This document shows, in pieces, positions 37,420-50,400 of a stretch of 64,000 nucleotides of DNA. The notes under the pieces are model-generated. The model was not told the origin of the DNA, ran no database searches, and saw nothing but the letters and a program-made list of their open reading frames with translations. The translations under genes and the position numbers were made by a program. Within the stretch, counting starts at the first letter, position 1, and each line of letters opens with the position of its first letter. The stretch comes from Octopus vulgaris (lineage: Eukaryota): positions 53,754,001-53,818,000 of the forward strand of contig OX597827.1 of assembly GCA_951406725.2 (NCBI GenBank), in the 5' to 3' direction.

Positions 37420-40141
37420 GAAATAGAAGGGGATATAGCTTCACATGATGTAGAAGACAACTGGAGGTTTCTGCGGAGCAACTTGCTGAGGGCCACTAAC
37501 CAGATCTGTGAATGGTGCAAAGTCGCCCCTTGGCCCAAAATAACGTGATGGTGGAACAATGTTGTTGGCAGGGCTATTAGAGAAAAGAAACCGGCTTGGA
37601 AGGACTGGAAGAACAGTGGTAGCAGGGAATTGTATCAGACTGCCTGAAGGGAAGCTAAGAGACAGATTTATTTAGCCAGAGGGAAGCAGATAAGAAAACA
37701 TTTGCCAATGTTCTGCACCGTGAGGACCAAAGACTTGAGGTATTTCATGTTGCAAGACAGTGTGTGAGAGAGAATCGTGATGTTGTAGGAGAGAAATGTG
37801 TCCTCATCGGTAATAGTTCATTTGCATTAAACGAGGCTGCAAAGAGAGAGGTTTGGAGATGCCACTATGAAAGGTTACTCAATAAAGAGAATGAATGGGA
37901 GAAATGTCGACCCAACCGAGGAACCAGATATCTAAGTTGACAGTACCTTGGTAGATAAAGCAATTAAGAGTATGAAGACATAGAAAGCTCCCAGCCTATC
38001 AGGAATCACTGCAGAGATGCTCAAAATATCTGGCAGTGTCGGCTATAGCCTAGTCACCCGTATAGTTAACCAGGTGATACATGAAGGAGTCATACCCAAT
38101 GACTGGTGTAGCAGCACTATAGTCAACTGCTATAAAGGTAAAGGTGATGCTTTAGATACAAATAATTGAAGAAGTATCAAGTTGTTGGATCAGGTAATGA
38201 AGGTCAAGGAGAGGGTCATAGCCCAACTAATTAGGGAGAGAGTCAGTTTAGATAAGATGCAGTTTGGGTTCATGCCAGGGAGAAGCACCACTGATGCTAT
38301 ATTTCTGGTAAGACAGCTGCAGGAGAAATACCTAGCCAAAGATAAACCTCTGTACCTGGCTTTTGTTGACATGGAGAAAGCCTTTGACAGGGTCCCCTGA
38401 TCCCTTATCTGGTAGTCAATGAGGAAACTAGGGATAGATGAATGGTTAGTGAGAGCTGTGCAAGCCATATACAGGGATACTGTCAATAAGGTGAGGGTTG
38501 GCAACGAACACTGTGAAGAATTCTGGGTATAAGTAGGGGTCCTCCAAGGTTCAGTCCTCAGCCCCCTCCTATTTATAATAGTCCTCCAGGTAATAACAGA
38601 GGAAGTCAAGACAGGATGCCCTTGTTAGCTCCTCTATACTGACGACCTTACTCTAATTGCTGAGTCACTATCAGAACTAGAGGAGAAGTTTCAGGTGTGG
38701 AAACAAGGATTAGAATTGAAGGGCCTTAGAGTCAACCTAGCTAAAACCAAAGTCCTAATAAGTAGGAAGGCAGGCAAACCACAAATACTTCAGGTAGCGG
38801 GATCTGTAGAAAATGCGCAGGTAGAAACTCTATAAGATGTACCCAGTGTAAGCTATGGACACATAAGAGGTGCAGCAATATCAAAGAAAGGCTAACTGGG
38901 AAGAAATTTTTTTGTATGTGGCAGATGCTCAGGAGCAATAAACACTGAAAATATGCAGAGAACAACTTCCGCCACATTCCAGGGAGAAGAACTAGAAGTA
39001 GTTGATAGCTTCCATTACCTAGGTGACTAAGTCAGTAGCAGAGGAGGGTGCGCTGAAAGTGTAGCGGATAGAATAAGAATAGCCTGGGCAAAGTTCAGAG
39101 AACTCTTACCTCTGCTGGTGACAAAGGGTCTTTCACTCAGAGTAAAAGGTAGACTGTATGACGCATGTATACAAACAACCATGCTACATGGCAGTGAAAC
39201 ATGGGTCGTGACTGCTGAGGTCATGCATAAGCCCACAAGGAATGAAGTCAGTATGCTCCAAAGGATGTGTAATGTCAGTGTGCATACTCAACAGAGTATA
39301 AGTCCTTAAGAGAAAAGTTGGACCTAAGAAGCATCACATGTGGTGTGCAAGAGAGACGACTGCGTTGGTATGGTCATGTGACGAGAATGGATGAGGATAG
39401 CTGTGTGAAAAAGTGCCACGCCCTAGCAATTGGTAGGAAGAGGTAGACCCAGGAAGACCTGGGATGAAGTGGTGAAGCACAACCTTTGAACATTAGGCCT
39501 CACTGAGGCAATGACTAGTGACCAAGACCTTTGGAAATATGCTGTACTTGAGAAGACCTGGCAAGCCAAGTGAGACCATAACCTCATGGCCTATGCCAGG
39601 GGTGTAACCAGCCCACTTATGAGCACCTTTCCTTCATTGGACACTAAACTCTGCTTGCAAAGACCTGTTCAGGCAAGTGAAATCGAAATCAAATTCGATG
39701 ACTGGGATCCGTGCTAGCAGGGCACTAAGAACACCATTCGAGTGTGATTGTTGCCAGAGCAACTAACTGGCTTCCATGCCAGTGGCACGTAAAAAGCTCC
39801 ATTCGGGCATGATCATTACCAGCATAGCCTTACTGGTCGCACATGAAAAAACATTCGAGCGAGGTCATTGCCAGTGCCACTAGACTGGCTCCAGTACAGG
39901 TGTCACATAAAAAACACCATTTGAGCGTGGTCGTTGCCACTACCGCCTGACTGGCTCTCATGCCAGTGGCACGTAAAAGCACTCACTACACTTTTGGAGT
40001 GGTTGGCATTAGGAAGGGCATCCAGCTGTAGAAATCCTTCCAGATCAGATTGGAGTCTGGTGCAGACATCTGTTTCACCAGTCCTCAGTCAAATCGTCCA
40101 ACGCATGCTAGCATGGAAAGCAGACGTTAAACGATGATGAT
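37420..40141 (+). mobile_element. RTE-clade LINE (RT and 3' UTR), decayed; related to 33690-36642
   Basis: QFGFMPGRSTTDAIFLVRQLQEKY, FVDMEKAFDRVP, QGSVLSP and LYTDDL; tail GACGTTAAACGATGATGAT. Confidence 0.9.
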
Positions 40142-40262
40142 ATATATATACATATATATATATATCTATGTACATATTTGTATATGTGTATGTATTTATG
40201 TACATATATGTATATATACATCTATATATGTAAACATATGTATGTATATATATATGTACATA

Positions 40263-40305
<43 letters not shown>

Positions 40306-40655
40306 ATATATATGTGTATATATGCATATATATATATGTGTGTATATATATATATGTGCATATATATATGTCTATATGTGCATATATATATATATATGTG
40401 TGTGTGTGTCTATATGCATATATATATATATATGTATATATATATGTCTATGTATCTGTATATATATATGTATGTATATATATGTATATATATTATATCT
40501 ATGTATGTATATATATATAATATCTATGTATGTATATATATATGTGTGTGTATATGTATATATATATGTGTATATGTATATATAGATATATATATGTATG
40601 TATATGTATATATATGTATGTATATGTATATATATGTATACGTATATAAATATAT
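40140..40655. repeat. (TA/TG) compound microsatellite
   Basis: Direct inspection. Confidence 0.95.
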
Positions 40656-40869
40656 TTTTCCTTAGTTTCCCCTCGGAGCTGTGGCCATGCCATTTTTGCT
40701 ACTCTGTTATTACTGAGAGCCTCCTCTAACATGTAGCATTTGTTGAAGATTTGAATTTAATGTTGCTATCCTTATTTGCCATGAGGTAGGTTCAATTTTG
40801 TTTTGGAAACACCTACATCCATTTTGTGTAAGTACCTCAGACTCTTTAGGAGAATATTAAAAAGCTCTG

Positions 40870-41330
40870 CCTACCACTCCATGAGTGTAGTGGGTGCTTT
40901 TTACATGCCACCGGCACAGGGGCCAGATGAGGCTGGCAAATGGTCATGATTGGTTGGTGCTTTTACGTGTCACTGGTACGGACTCCAGTCAGGCGGTGCT
41001 GGCATCAGCCACGTTCGGACGGTGCTTTTTACATGCCACCGGCACAGGTATCTTAACTACAATTTCCATTTGATTTTTATTTTGATGTTGGTGTTGACGT
41101 ACTTGACTCAATAGGTCCCCTCAAGAACAGCAGGTCACACTACAATCCAAGGTTAGCACAGCTGGCCGTCCTGCGAGCCATGAACTCACTTCATTTGTCG
41201 GGTCTTCCTAGTCACAGCATATCTCAGAGGTCTCGGTCTTCATCATTTCCTTTGTAAGGCCCTATGTGCCACCAGCACGGGTATCACAACCACAATATCC
41301 ATTCAATTTTTATTTTGATGTTGATACTAT
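40870..41330 (-). mobile_element. RTE 3' UTR fragment
   Basis: Reverse complement of 36180-36530 (GGTGCTTTTACATGCCACCGGCAC repeats). Confidence 0.8.
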
Positions 41331-42619
41331 ATAGATATATATATATAAAATATATATGCATATACACATTTGAATAAAAAAAGGGTAAAAAAGATAAAAG
41401 TGAAAGCTTCAAAAATACACACTTCAAAAAATAGGCCTACCTTGAAGATAGTTTACATACCCCAACATCAACTGATTTCATGCTGTGCATGAGAAAACAT
41501 GTTTTGCAATCTTCAGTTAGAGATAGTAACATCTATTTCTAAAATATTCACTCCATCAATTCGTGTGCATTTCAAACTTTAAATGTCCCGCACCATTTAA
41601 AGAGAAAACTATCGTAAACTATACAAACACAACTATATGAAAGCATTTTTACTGTTAAAAGCAGTAATAATCAGGTGGTTAGCAAGACTTCTACCTTAAT
41701 AGGTATAATATTAAATATTTGAATAAAAGAAGGGTAAAAATACTGCTTGCCAAAGAGGAAAGCGAAAGCTTCAAAAACCACCAATCCTGCGATAAATACA
41801 CACATGAGCAATGCAATGAACACTTCAAAAAAGATTGCAAAGCATGTTTCCACATACACAGCATGAAATCAATTGATATTGGGGTAGATTATCTTCAGAT
41901 TCCATCCTGAAGGTAGGCTTATCTTTATATATATATATATATATATATTTGTTTACAAGATTATTTACAAGAATATATATGTTTACAAGATTATTTACGT
42001 ATATTTATTAATTTATCTAATCAATAATTTTATTATTGTCGTTATCTTTAACCTGAAGAGTGGCTATATCTATATTGAAGTGATTTTACTACTACTACTA
42101 CTATTAAATATATACATTTTATTTATTATTTTGCACATTACTTAATCATTGTTATATGTCTTATCTTATATTTAATCTTTCTATATGTAATTTTTCTAAA
42201 TGGTATAATTTTATTTTTCATTATTGAATTGATAAAAGGTGGGGTTTTTTTTAAAATTTATGTGTGTGTGTGTGTGTGTACATGAAGTTTTTCACAGTTC
42301 TCAGTTTGTTAACAGCTAAGTGTTCAGGCGAGTATTCTAGCATAGATGTAGCAACATTTGAAATATTGTCCAGGTAAATCCAGCTGATGAAACTAATCAC
42401 TTTTACATTGACAGTGTCTTTGAAGAGTCCAAAACCTAGGTACTATTCTGGGTTGTCCAATTATCTAATGTTCTTCCTAGAGGTATGACAGAATATTTCA
42501 TGTTGGCTGCACTCACACGTCTTTGCCAGTATATACGCAGTGAAACTTTTCCATAGCATCGTAAATATAGCAACTACTATTTCCAGGAAATATTGGTGCC
42601 TTGTTGTACCACTACTCTA

Positions 42620-42627
42620 TATTTATA

Positions 42628-42715
<88 letters not shown>

Positions 42716-42745
42716 AATATATATATATGTGTGTATGTATATATG

Positions 42746-42778
<33 letters not shown>

Positions 42779-42823
42779 ATGTATATATTTGTGTGTATAC
42801 ATATATGTGTGTATGTATATATG

Positions 42824-42856
<33 letters not shown>

Positions 42857-42903
42857 ATGTATATATTTGTGTGTATACATATATATGTGTATGTATATAT
42901 ATG

Positions 42904-42934
<31 letters not shown>

Positions 42935-42995
42935 ATGTACATATATATGTGTGAGTGAGTGTGTGTATTGATTTATATATATATATATATATATG
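42620..42995. repeat. Compound microsatellite with a ~78-bp higher-order duplication
   Basis: ...GTATATATTTGTGTGTATACATATAT unit occurs twice. Confidence 0.85.
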
Positions 42996-43429
42996 TAGAT
43001 TAATTAAGAAATGGAGTTAAACGCAGGTGTCATTCAAATCTGTATACTTCCGACATATGATTCGAAGTAAACATTGGTATTTTTCTTGAGGGAATAAAAT
43101 GATGTAAAATAATGTAATCATCTCGTCAGAGAAAAACAACAAACCAAACACATCAATAAGTCATTTTAACCAAATGTGATTACCTCATATGTGATTATGA
43201 GAATGCTGGGAAGTTGCTTACTAAAAACCCGTTAATAGATTTAACGTGAAAAGCAATTTAGAGAAAGGGGAGGAGGAGAAAGAGAGAAATTAACAGTAAA
43301 TTAAGAGTGGAGAAATATAGTGCAATAGATGAGTGGAAATAAAGATTGAAGATGTGTAAATAGATATACACCATGGAAATGAAATGGAAGAGGACAGCTG
43401 AAAGTTGAATTTCATAGATAATATTTAAT

Positions 43430-43811
43430 CTTATTCTTTTACTTGTTTCAGTCATTTGAATGCAGCCGTGCTGGAGCACTGCCTTTAGTCAAGCAAATCG
43501 ACTCCGGGACATATTCTTTATAAGCCCAGTACTTATTCTATTGGTCTCTTTTGCCAAACCGCTAAATGACAGGGACATAATAACACCAGCATCTGTTGTC
43601 AAGCACAGACACACAAACATACACTCACACATATATATACACAGATATACAACTGGCTTCTTTGAGTTTCTGTCTACCAGATCCACTCACAAGGCTTTGG
43701 TCGGCCCAAGGCATAGTAGAAGACACTTGCCCAAGGTACCACACAGTGGGACTGAACCTGGAACCATGTGGTTGGTAAGCAAGCTACTTACCACACAGAC
43801 ACTCCTACGCC
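43430..43811 (-). mobile_element. SINE family B
   Basis: As 9166-9570. Confidence 0.88.
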
Positions 43812-43851
43812 AACTGGATACATTTTAACAATGTACCAACGAGCATGTTAC

Positions 43852-43888
<37 letters not shown>

Positions 43889-43968
43889 TATATGAGGATA
43901 ATATCTAAGTGTCGAAATTATCAAGTGGCCAGCATGTTGGCATGTTGGTGTCTTTTAGACACCCTCAT

Positions 43969-44023
<55 letters not shown>

Positions 44024-44244
44024 TTTATACACATATATACATATATACACACACGCACATATATATATATATATACATACATATATACATATGCATATAT
44101 ATATATATATATATATATACATAGACACTTGCCCAAGGTGCCACTTTGTGTCACCGAACCCATAACCATGTAGTTGGTAAGAAAGCTACTTTCCACACAG
44201 CTACTCCTGCACCTATAAGTAGAAATTACTTATAGGAACTAAAG

Positions 44245-44467
44245 GTATATATATATATATGTGTGTATATATATGTATATATATATGTATGTATATATAT
44301 ATATCTATATATATATATGTATGTATATGTATATATATGTATGTATATATATATATATATATATATATAATATGCATATGTGTATGTATATGTATATAAA
44401 TATGTATATATATGTATATGTAGTATATATATGTATGTATGTATGTATATATATATGTATGTATATA

Positions 44468-44506
<39 letters not shown>

Positions 44507-44720
44507 ATATATATGTATATATATATATGTGTGTGTGTGTGTATATGCATATATGTGTATATATATGTATGTATGTATGTGTATATATGTGTATATATAT
44601 GTATGTATGTATGTGTATATATATGTATGTATGTATGTGTATATATATGTATGTATATATGTGTATATATATGTATGTATATGTATATATATATGTATGT
44701 GTGTATATATATATATATGT
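44245..44720. repeat. (TA/TG) compound microsatellite
   Basis: Direct inspection. Confidence 0.95.
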
Positions 44721-44844
44721 ATTGGAAGGTTTGGAGATGATGTACAGGTATTATATCTTAGAAGAATATATAATATTCTTCTAATATATATATGTATATA
44801 TGTGTATGTATGTATAATGATTGAGATTACTTATATGAACTAAA

Positions 44845-45300
44845 GGTGTGTTTTTGCCAATGTTTACATCGGTATGCACGCTATATAACTGTGTTTACTA
44901 GGGGATCTTTAGAAAAGATAATGAAAAATAGTTCAGAATTACAGAGAAGACAGAATTCCTTGCTTTTGTCATAAGGTATCAAGATTGAGAGAATCAACCA
45001 TTCTAAATTAAATTGTTCATTGTGGTCTTTTAGATCCCAAATTAATTTACTGAGCAATGTACTGTTATGATTATTCCTATCCTTAAATGTTGAGTAATGG
45101 ATAGAAATTCTTTTAGATAACTGTAATGACATGCTTCCAATGTAAAATTGTACTTTATTATGAGCAATGATTTTACACTGGTATATAGAATTTTTAATTT
45201 TAGAGTTACTTGACATAAACTTAATTCTGTTGGAATTGACTTCAGATACAATAACCTTGTTATTATTTCTAGAGGGATGGATGGTATTAGCTAAATTAAT
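44845..45300 (-). mobile_element. PLE GIY-YIG endonuclease fragment (second, distinct PLE lineage)
   Basis: SIYQC...FYIGS......[10 protein letters not shown].....[12 protein letters not shown].......W.IL........CLLCNSE. In-frame RCKH follows the stop at 44881-44883. Confidence 0.8.
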
Positions 45301-45319
45301 GTTAATATTAGTAAATGTA

Positions 45320-45382
45320 TTAGTATATATATGTATGTATGTATATATATATGTATATATATGTATATATGTATATGTATAT

Positions 45383-45430
<48 letters not shown>

Positions 45431-45515
45431 ATATATATATGTATGTATATATATATGTGTGTGTGTGTATATATATATATGTATATATGTGTGTGTGTGT
45501 ATATATATATATGTA

Positions 45516-45570
<55 letters not shown>

Positions 45571-45769
45571 ATATATATATATATATATGTGTGTGTATAT
45601 ATATATGTATATATATGTGTCTCTATATATATATATGTATATATATGTGCGTATATATATGAATATATATATATATGTATATATATGCATATATATGTGT
45701 ATATATATATGTATGTGTATATATGTATACATATATATATATATGTATATATATATAATATATATATAG

Positions 45770-45808
<39 letters not shown>

Positions 45809-45825
45809 ATATATGTATGCATATA

Positions 45826-45880
<55 letters not shown>

Positions 45881-45910
45881 GTGTGTGTGTATATATATAT
45901 GTATATCTAT
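45320..45910. repeat. (TA/TG) compound microsatellite
   Basis: Direct inspection. Confidence 0.95.
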
Positions 45911-45911
45911 T

Positions 45912-48640
45912 TATTTATGTGTGTCAGCCAAGTGGCTGCGGTTATGCTGGAGTATCACCATGACTTTCCCTCCTTATGCTGTGCTCTCTGCACTTTCCTT
46001 GCATGGCTCTTCTCCGCCAGCTGATGTAGTCCAATCAAGATTTTGAATGACACATCTGGTTTATAAGAGAATTTGACATCGCTTCCCTCAACTGTGTCTC
46101 ATTTCGAGCCATTGGTTCGTCTGGTATCGTGGATAGGAAAGTGTCGAGTTTTGTTTTGAAGACATCTATATCCATGTCTTGCAGGTCTCTCAATTGTTTT
46201 GGCAGGGCATTAAAGAGCCGAGGTCCTCTGAAACTGAGGCACTTGCTGTACCTTGTTCTTATGTGAGATGCAGTGGATGGTACCCTTGGTACTATGCAGT
46301 GGTGACCTGTGTGGGTTTTCATGTAGTACTTGATGCTAAAGTTTGGTACCAGTCCTTCTAGTATTTTCCATACGTAAATTATTACATATCTGTACCACCT
46401 GCGCTCCACGGAGTAAAGACTTAATGCCTGCAGTTGCTCCCTGTAGTTCATCTGCTGGACTGTGGCTATCTTTTTTTATATAGTGATGCTGAATTACCTC
46501 GAGTTCTACTGTCAACTCGACTCAGAACAAATGTCTTCCATAGAGTCAACATGACTTTTTGATCCCTTGTTCTGAATGTCCTCAGTATCCACCCTGCCAG
46601 TTGTCTGCATTTTGCTGTCAACTTGACAATGTGCATGTGAAATGATGCATCACTACACATGCTGATGCCCAGGTCTCTCACTATTTGTGGTTCTGGGATT
46701 GCAGTACCTCCAGGTTTTGTGTATGTCATTTGGGGAGTACTTGTGGCGTTGTCACGCGGTACTTGAAACTTTTTGGCATTGAACCACTTATTATTTTGAT
46801 CTGCCCACTTGTATATTGCATTTAGGTCATTCTGCAGGCTTATGACATCATCAGGATTCTTTATTGCCTGAGATAGTTTTGTGTCATCAGCGTAGCTAGT
46901 GACAATGACTGTCCGAGTGACTGTGGGCATATTCAGAAGGGCTACTATGAACAGTAGCGCCCCCAGGACAGTTCCTTGTGTAACGCCGCTCAATATTTGT
47001 GTGTCCCTAGATAATTCTCCATTGGCTGCAACTGTCTGACTTCTACCATTCAGGAAGTCATACAGCCACTTATTTACCAGCTATGCCAAGGTTTCACAGC
47101 TTGTGACATATCATTCCATGATCAACTTTGTCAAAGGCCTTTGCAAAGTCGAGATATATCACATCAACATTTGAATGGTCAAGTAGCTGCTTCAGGACCC
47201 AGTCATAATGCTGCAAGAGCTGTGTGAGGCAGCTTCAACCTGGATGGAAACCATGCTGGGTCTTATTCAGCAAGTCATTTTCTTCTAGGAAGGCAATCAA
47301 CCTCCTTCTGACAATTTGTTCCAATACTTTGCTAATATGTGAAGTCAGAGAGATGGGCCTGTAATTCCCAGCCTCTGCTCTGCTTCCACCTTTATGGATA
47401 GGACAGATTATGGCTTCCTCCAGCTTTTTGGGAAGTTTACCACTTGCAAGGAAACTCTGGAAGAGTATCCGGAGTGGTCCCGCTAATTCTTGTTCACATA
47501 ACTTTAGGAGGACAGCTTGGAAACCATTGGGGCCAGTAGCCAAATTTGAGCTCATTTCATTTATAGCTGCTATTATGTCTTCCTCTTCAATATCAATGTA
47601 GGTAATGTATGCAGTCTTTTTCTGCCGAGGAATATCGTTAAAGAAGTCAGCTGGGTTCTTTATCTGCATGTGACTCAGGGAAGTGAAAACACTCTTGAAT
47701 TGCGCACTGAGCACTTCACTTATCCATTTGGAGTCCGCAGTCAGTGAGCCATTAGGCAGGAATAGGGGTCCTATTTTGTACTGTGCCATGGCAGTCTCCT
47801 TTGCAAGTCTATAGAAAGCCTTGGGGTTTGTTATTATGCTTTCTACTGCTCTCTTCTCCTTCTCCACTCACTCCTTTTCATGGGAGAGTTTAATTTTGTT
47901 TTCTATTTCTAACAGTATTAGTTTTAATTTAGCCCTTTTCCTATCCTTCAGTTCTCTATTCAACTGGTTTGAGACCTTTGTTCTGTGTCTCATAAGGATT
48001 TTCCTGTCTCTGGGAATTCTATTTGAGGTCATTGTCTTGTATAAAAAGGCTGTTGTGCCAGTTTTGATTTTGAATCTCTTTGCAAATTAATTTCCAGTCT
48101 GCCCTGTGGAAATTCAGGTTGGATATGGCTTGAGTCCTCCTGATAGGGTGGGTGTCAGCAGGTTGTCTAGGACCATACATTGCTAATTCTATAATGCTAT
48201 GATCTGAAAGAGATGTAGGTGTTACTTTCACATTATGGATTAGGCTCACATTGTTTATGAAACAGAGATCTAAAATATTGCTTCCCCCGGTTGATTGGAG
48301 TATCACTTGTTCCATGAACAGCATGTCGGAGAGTTCTAACAAAGATTTTGCCTGGCTTTGTTCATGCAGTGACATCCCAGAGAGGATGTGACCTTCAGGC
48401 CATTTAACATTTGGGAGGTTAAAGTCGCCTAGGAAAAGTATATTGATGTATTGGTCCAGATCTGTCAAGACCTCTTCTATGCATCTAAGGCTATCCTCAA
48501 ATTTACCCTCCTGCTTTGCAGTATTTGGTGGACGATATGTTGAGCATACAACTACATCAATTTGTTTTATGTGTATGAGTAAAGTGTCACAGACAGAGTT
48601 TGAGTGTGATAAAGGGGTGTGACATCTTCTCAGATGTACC
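45912..48640 (-). mobile_element. CR1/L2-like LINE ORF2 (APE endonuclease and RT), decayed
   Basis: YRPP, LGDFNLP, NILDL and SDH (APE); NPKAFY, NYRPISLTSHISKVLE, QHGF, YLDFAKAFDKVDH, SGVTQGTVLG, YADDTK and RDLG (RT). Confidence 0.9.
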
Positions 48641-48882
48641 CAGCAGGACAAAAACAGCGCCATCAAAACCCAGTGGGAGAAAAACAGCAGCTATCAAAAC
48701 CTAGTAGGACAAAAACAGCACCTGTCAAAAGACCAGAATGAGCCTAGCATGAGATCAATGACTATTTGTCAACAGGGCACAGAGACATAAAAATACTCAG
48801 CATATTGAATGAACATGATGTAAGAGTGGATGATGATGATATGTATATATACACATACATACATACATATATATATACATAT

Positions 48883-48913
<31 letters not shown>

Positions 48914-48921
48914 CAGATACA

Positions 48922-49000
<79 letters not shown>

Positions 49001-49313
49001 GCAGATACATATATATGTGTGTGTGTATATATATACATGCACACACATACACGCACACACTCACATAACGGGCTTCTTTCAGTTTCTATCTACCAAATCC
49101 ACTCACAAGGCTTCGGTCATACAGGTGCCATACAGTGCAACGAGACAACTGTATATATATACATGCACACACTCACATAACGGGCTTCTTTCAGTTTCTA
49201 TCTACCAAATCCACTCACAAGGCTTGTGTCATACAAGGTGCCATACAGTGCAACGAGACAACTGTACTACCATACTCGTATTGCTGTGAAGATTTTGTAA
49301 TTCAAAAGTAGTA

Positions 49314-49695
49314 GGGTGCCAAGAGCACCATCTGAGCGTGATCATTGCCAGAGCAGCGAACTAGCTTCCATGCCAGTGGGCACATAAAAAGGGCACCATT
49401 TGAGCATGATCGTTACCAAAATCGCCTTCTGGCACCTGTGCTGGTGGCATGTATAAAAGGATTCAAGCGAGGTCGTTGCCAGTACTACCTGACTGGCCCC
49501 CGTGCCGGTGGCACGTAAAAGCACCCACTACACTCTCGGAGTGGTTGGCGTTAGGAAGGGCATCCAGCTGTAGAAACTCTGCCAAATCAAGACTGAAGCT
49601 TGGTGCAGCCATCTGGTTCACCAGCCCTCAGTCAAAATCGTCCAAGCCATGCTAGCATGGAAAGCGGACGTTAAACGATGATGATGATGATGATG
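49314..49695 (+). mobile_element. RTE 3'-end fragment
   Basis: GTGGCACGTAAAAGCACC repeats, GGCGTTAGGAAGGGCATCCAGC, (GAT)n tail. Confidence 0.85.
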
Positions 49696-49899
49696 AAGGT
49701 ATATATAGGGTTCTTTAGCTGTGTGCAGGGGACCTTTCTGTATCACCTTGCTGCTTTGTAGATGATTTGAGGAAGACAATAACTAAGACTACATCCTGAC
49801 AAAAAAATCAAGCCAGGGTGGTAAGTCTTATGGCAGCTTTCAACAGACTGGATTTCCTGGAGCTTCCTAAAGTTGTTAGGAGGTATTAGTTAATTTCTG

Positions 49900-50400
49900 T
49901 TATACTCATTTTTTGCTGAGCTTATTCGTATTATGGTATTTGTGCACACTAATATTACACATCCATTGGTGCATGCTCACCTTATTCCTTTCTAGTCTTT
50001 ACAACTCCTCCTCATTCAGGGCTCATATCTCACAACCATGCAGCATTACAATTCTAACATAAGTGTCAGAATCTGCACTCCACAGCAAAGGTGATAGTTC
50101 CCTGAGCTCTTTTCAACTCGTTATTACTCTAACTACAATACATTCTGCACAACTACCTCCTCATAAACCATTCATTTACACCTAATTTTCTTTGGGATCA
50201 CCAGAATACAGAGCATAGTCACCAATTCAATGAGTGCCAAGTATAGTGGTTTACTCTTAGTTAAGTATTTTTGCAGCAATTGTATCATGAGAAAGATTGT
50301 ATCTGTGCTACTTAGGAAACTATCTTAGGGCTATTACTACTCATAATAGGTCTATTAGAGATGCCCTTAGTTGTACAAGCAGCTACTCTTACCTTCTACA
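49900..50400 (-). mobile_element. Ancient RTE relic
   Basis: rc near 50260-50315 translates SSTDTIFLMIQLLQKYLTK, compared with STTDAIFLVRQLQEKYLAK in younger copies. Confidence 0.55.

Noticed and set aside
39720-39990. Regularly recurring GTGGCACGTAAAA repeats resembling a CRISPR array
   Set aside because: Eukaryotic context, spacers related to each other, part of the RTE 3' UTR, and no cas genes.
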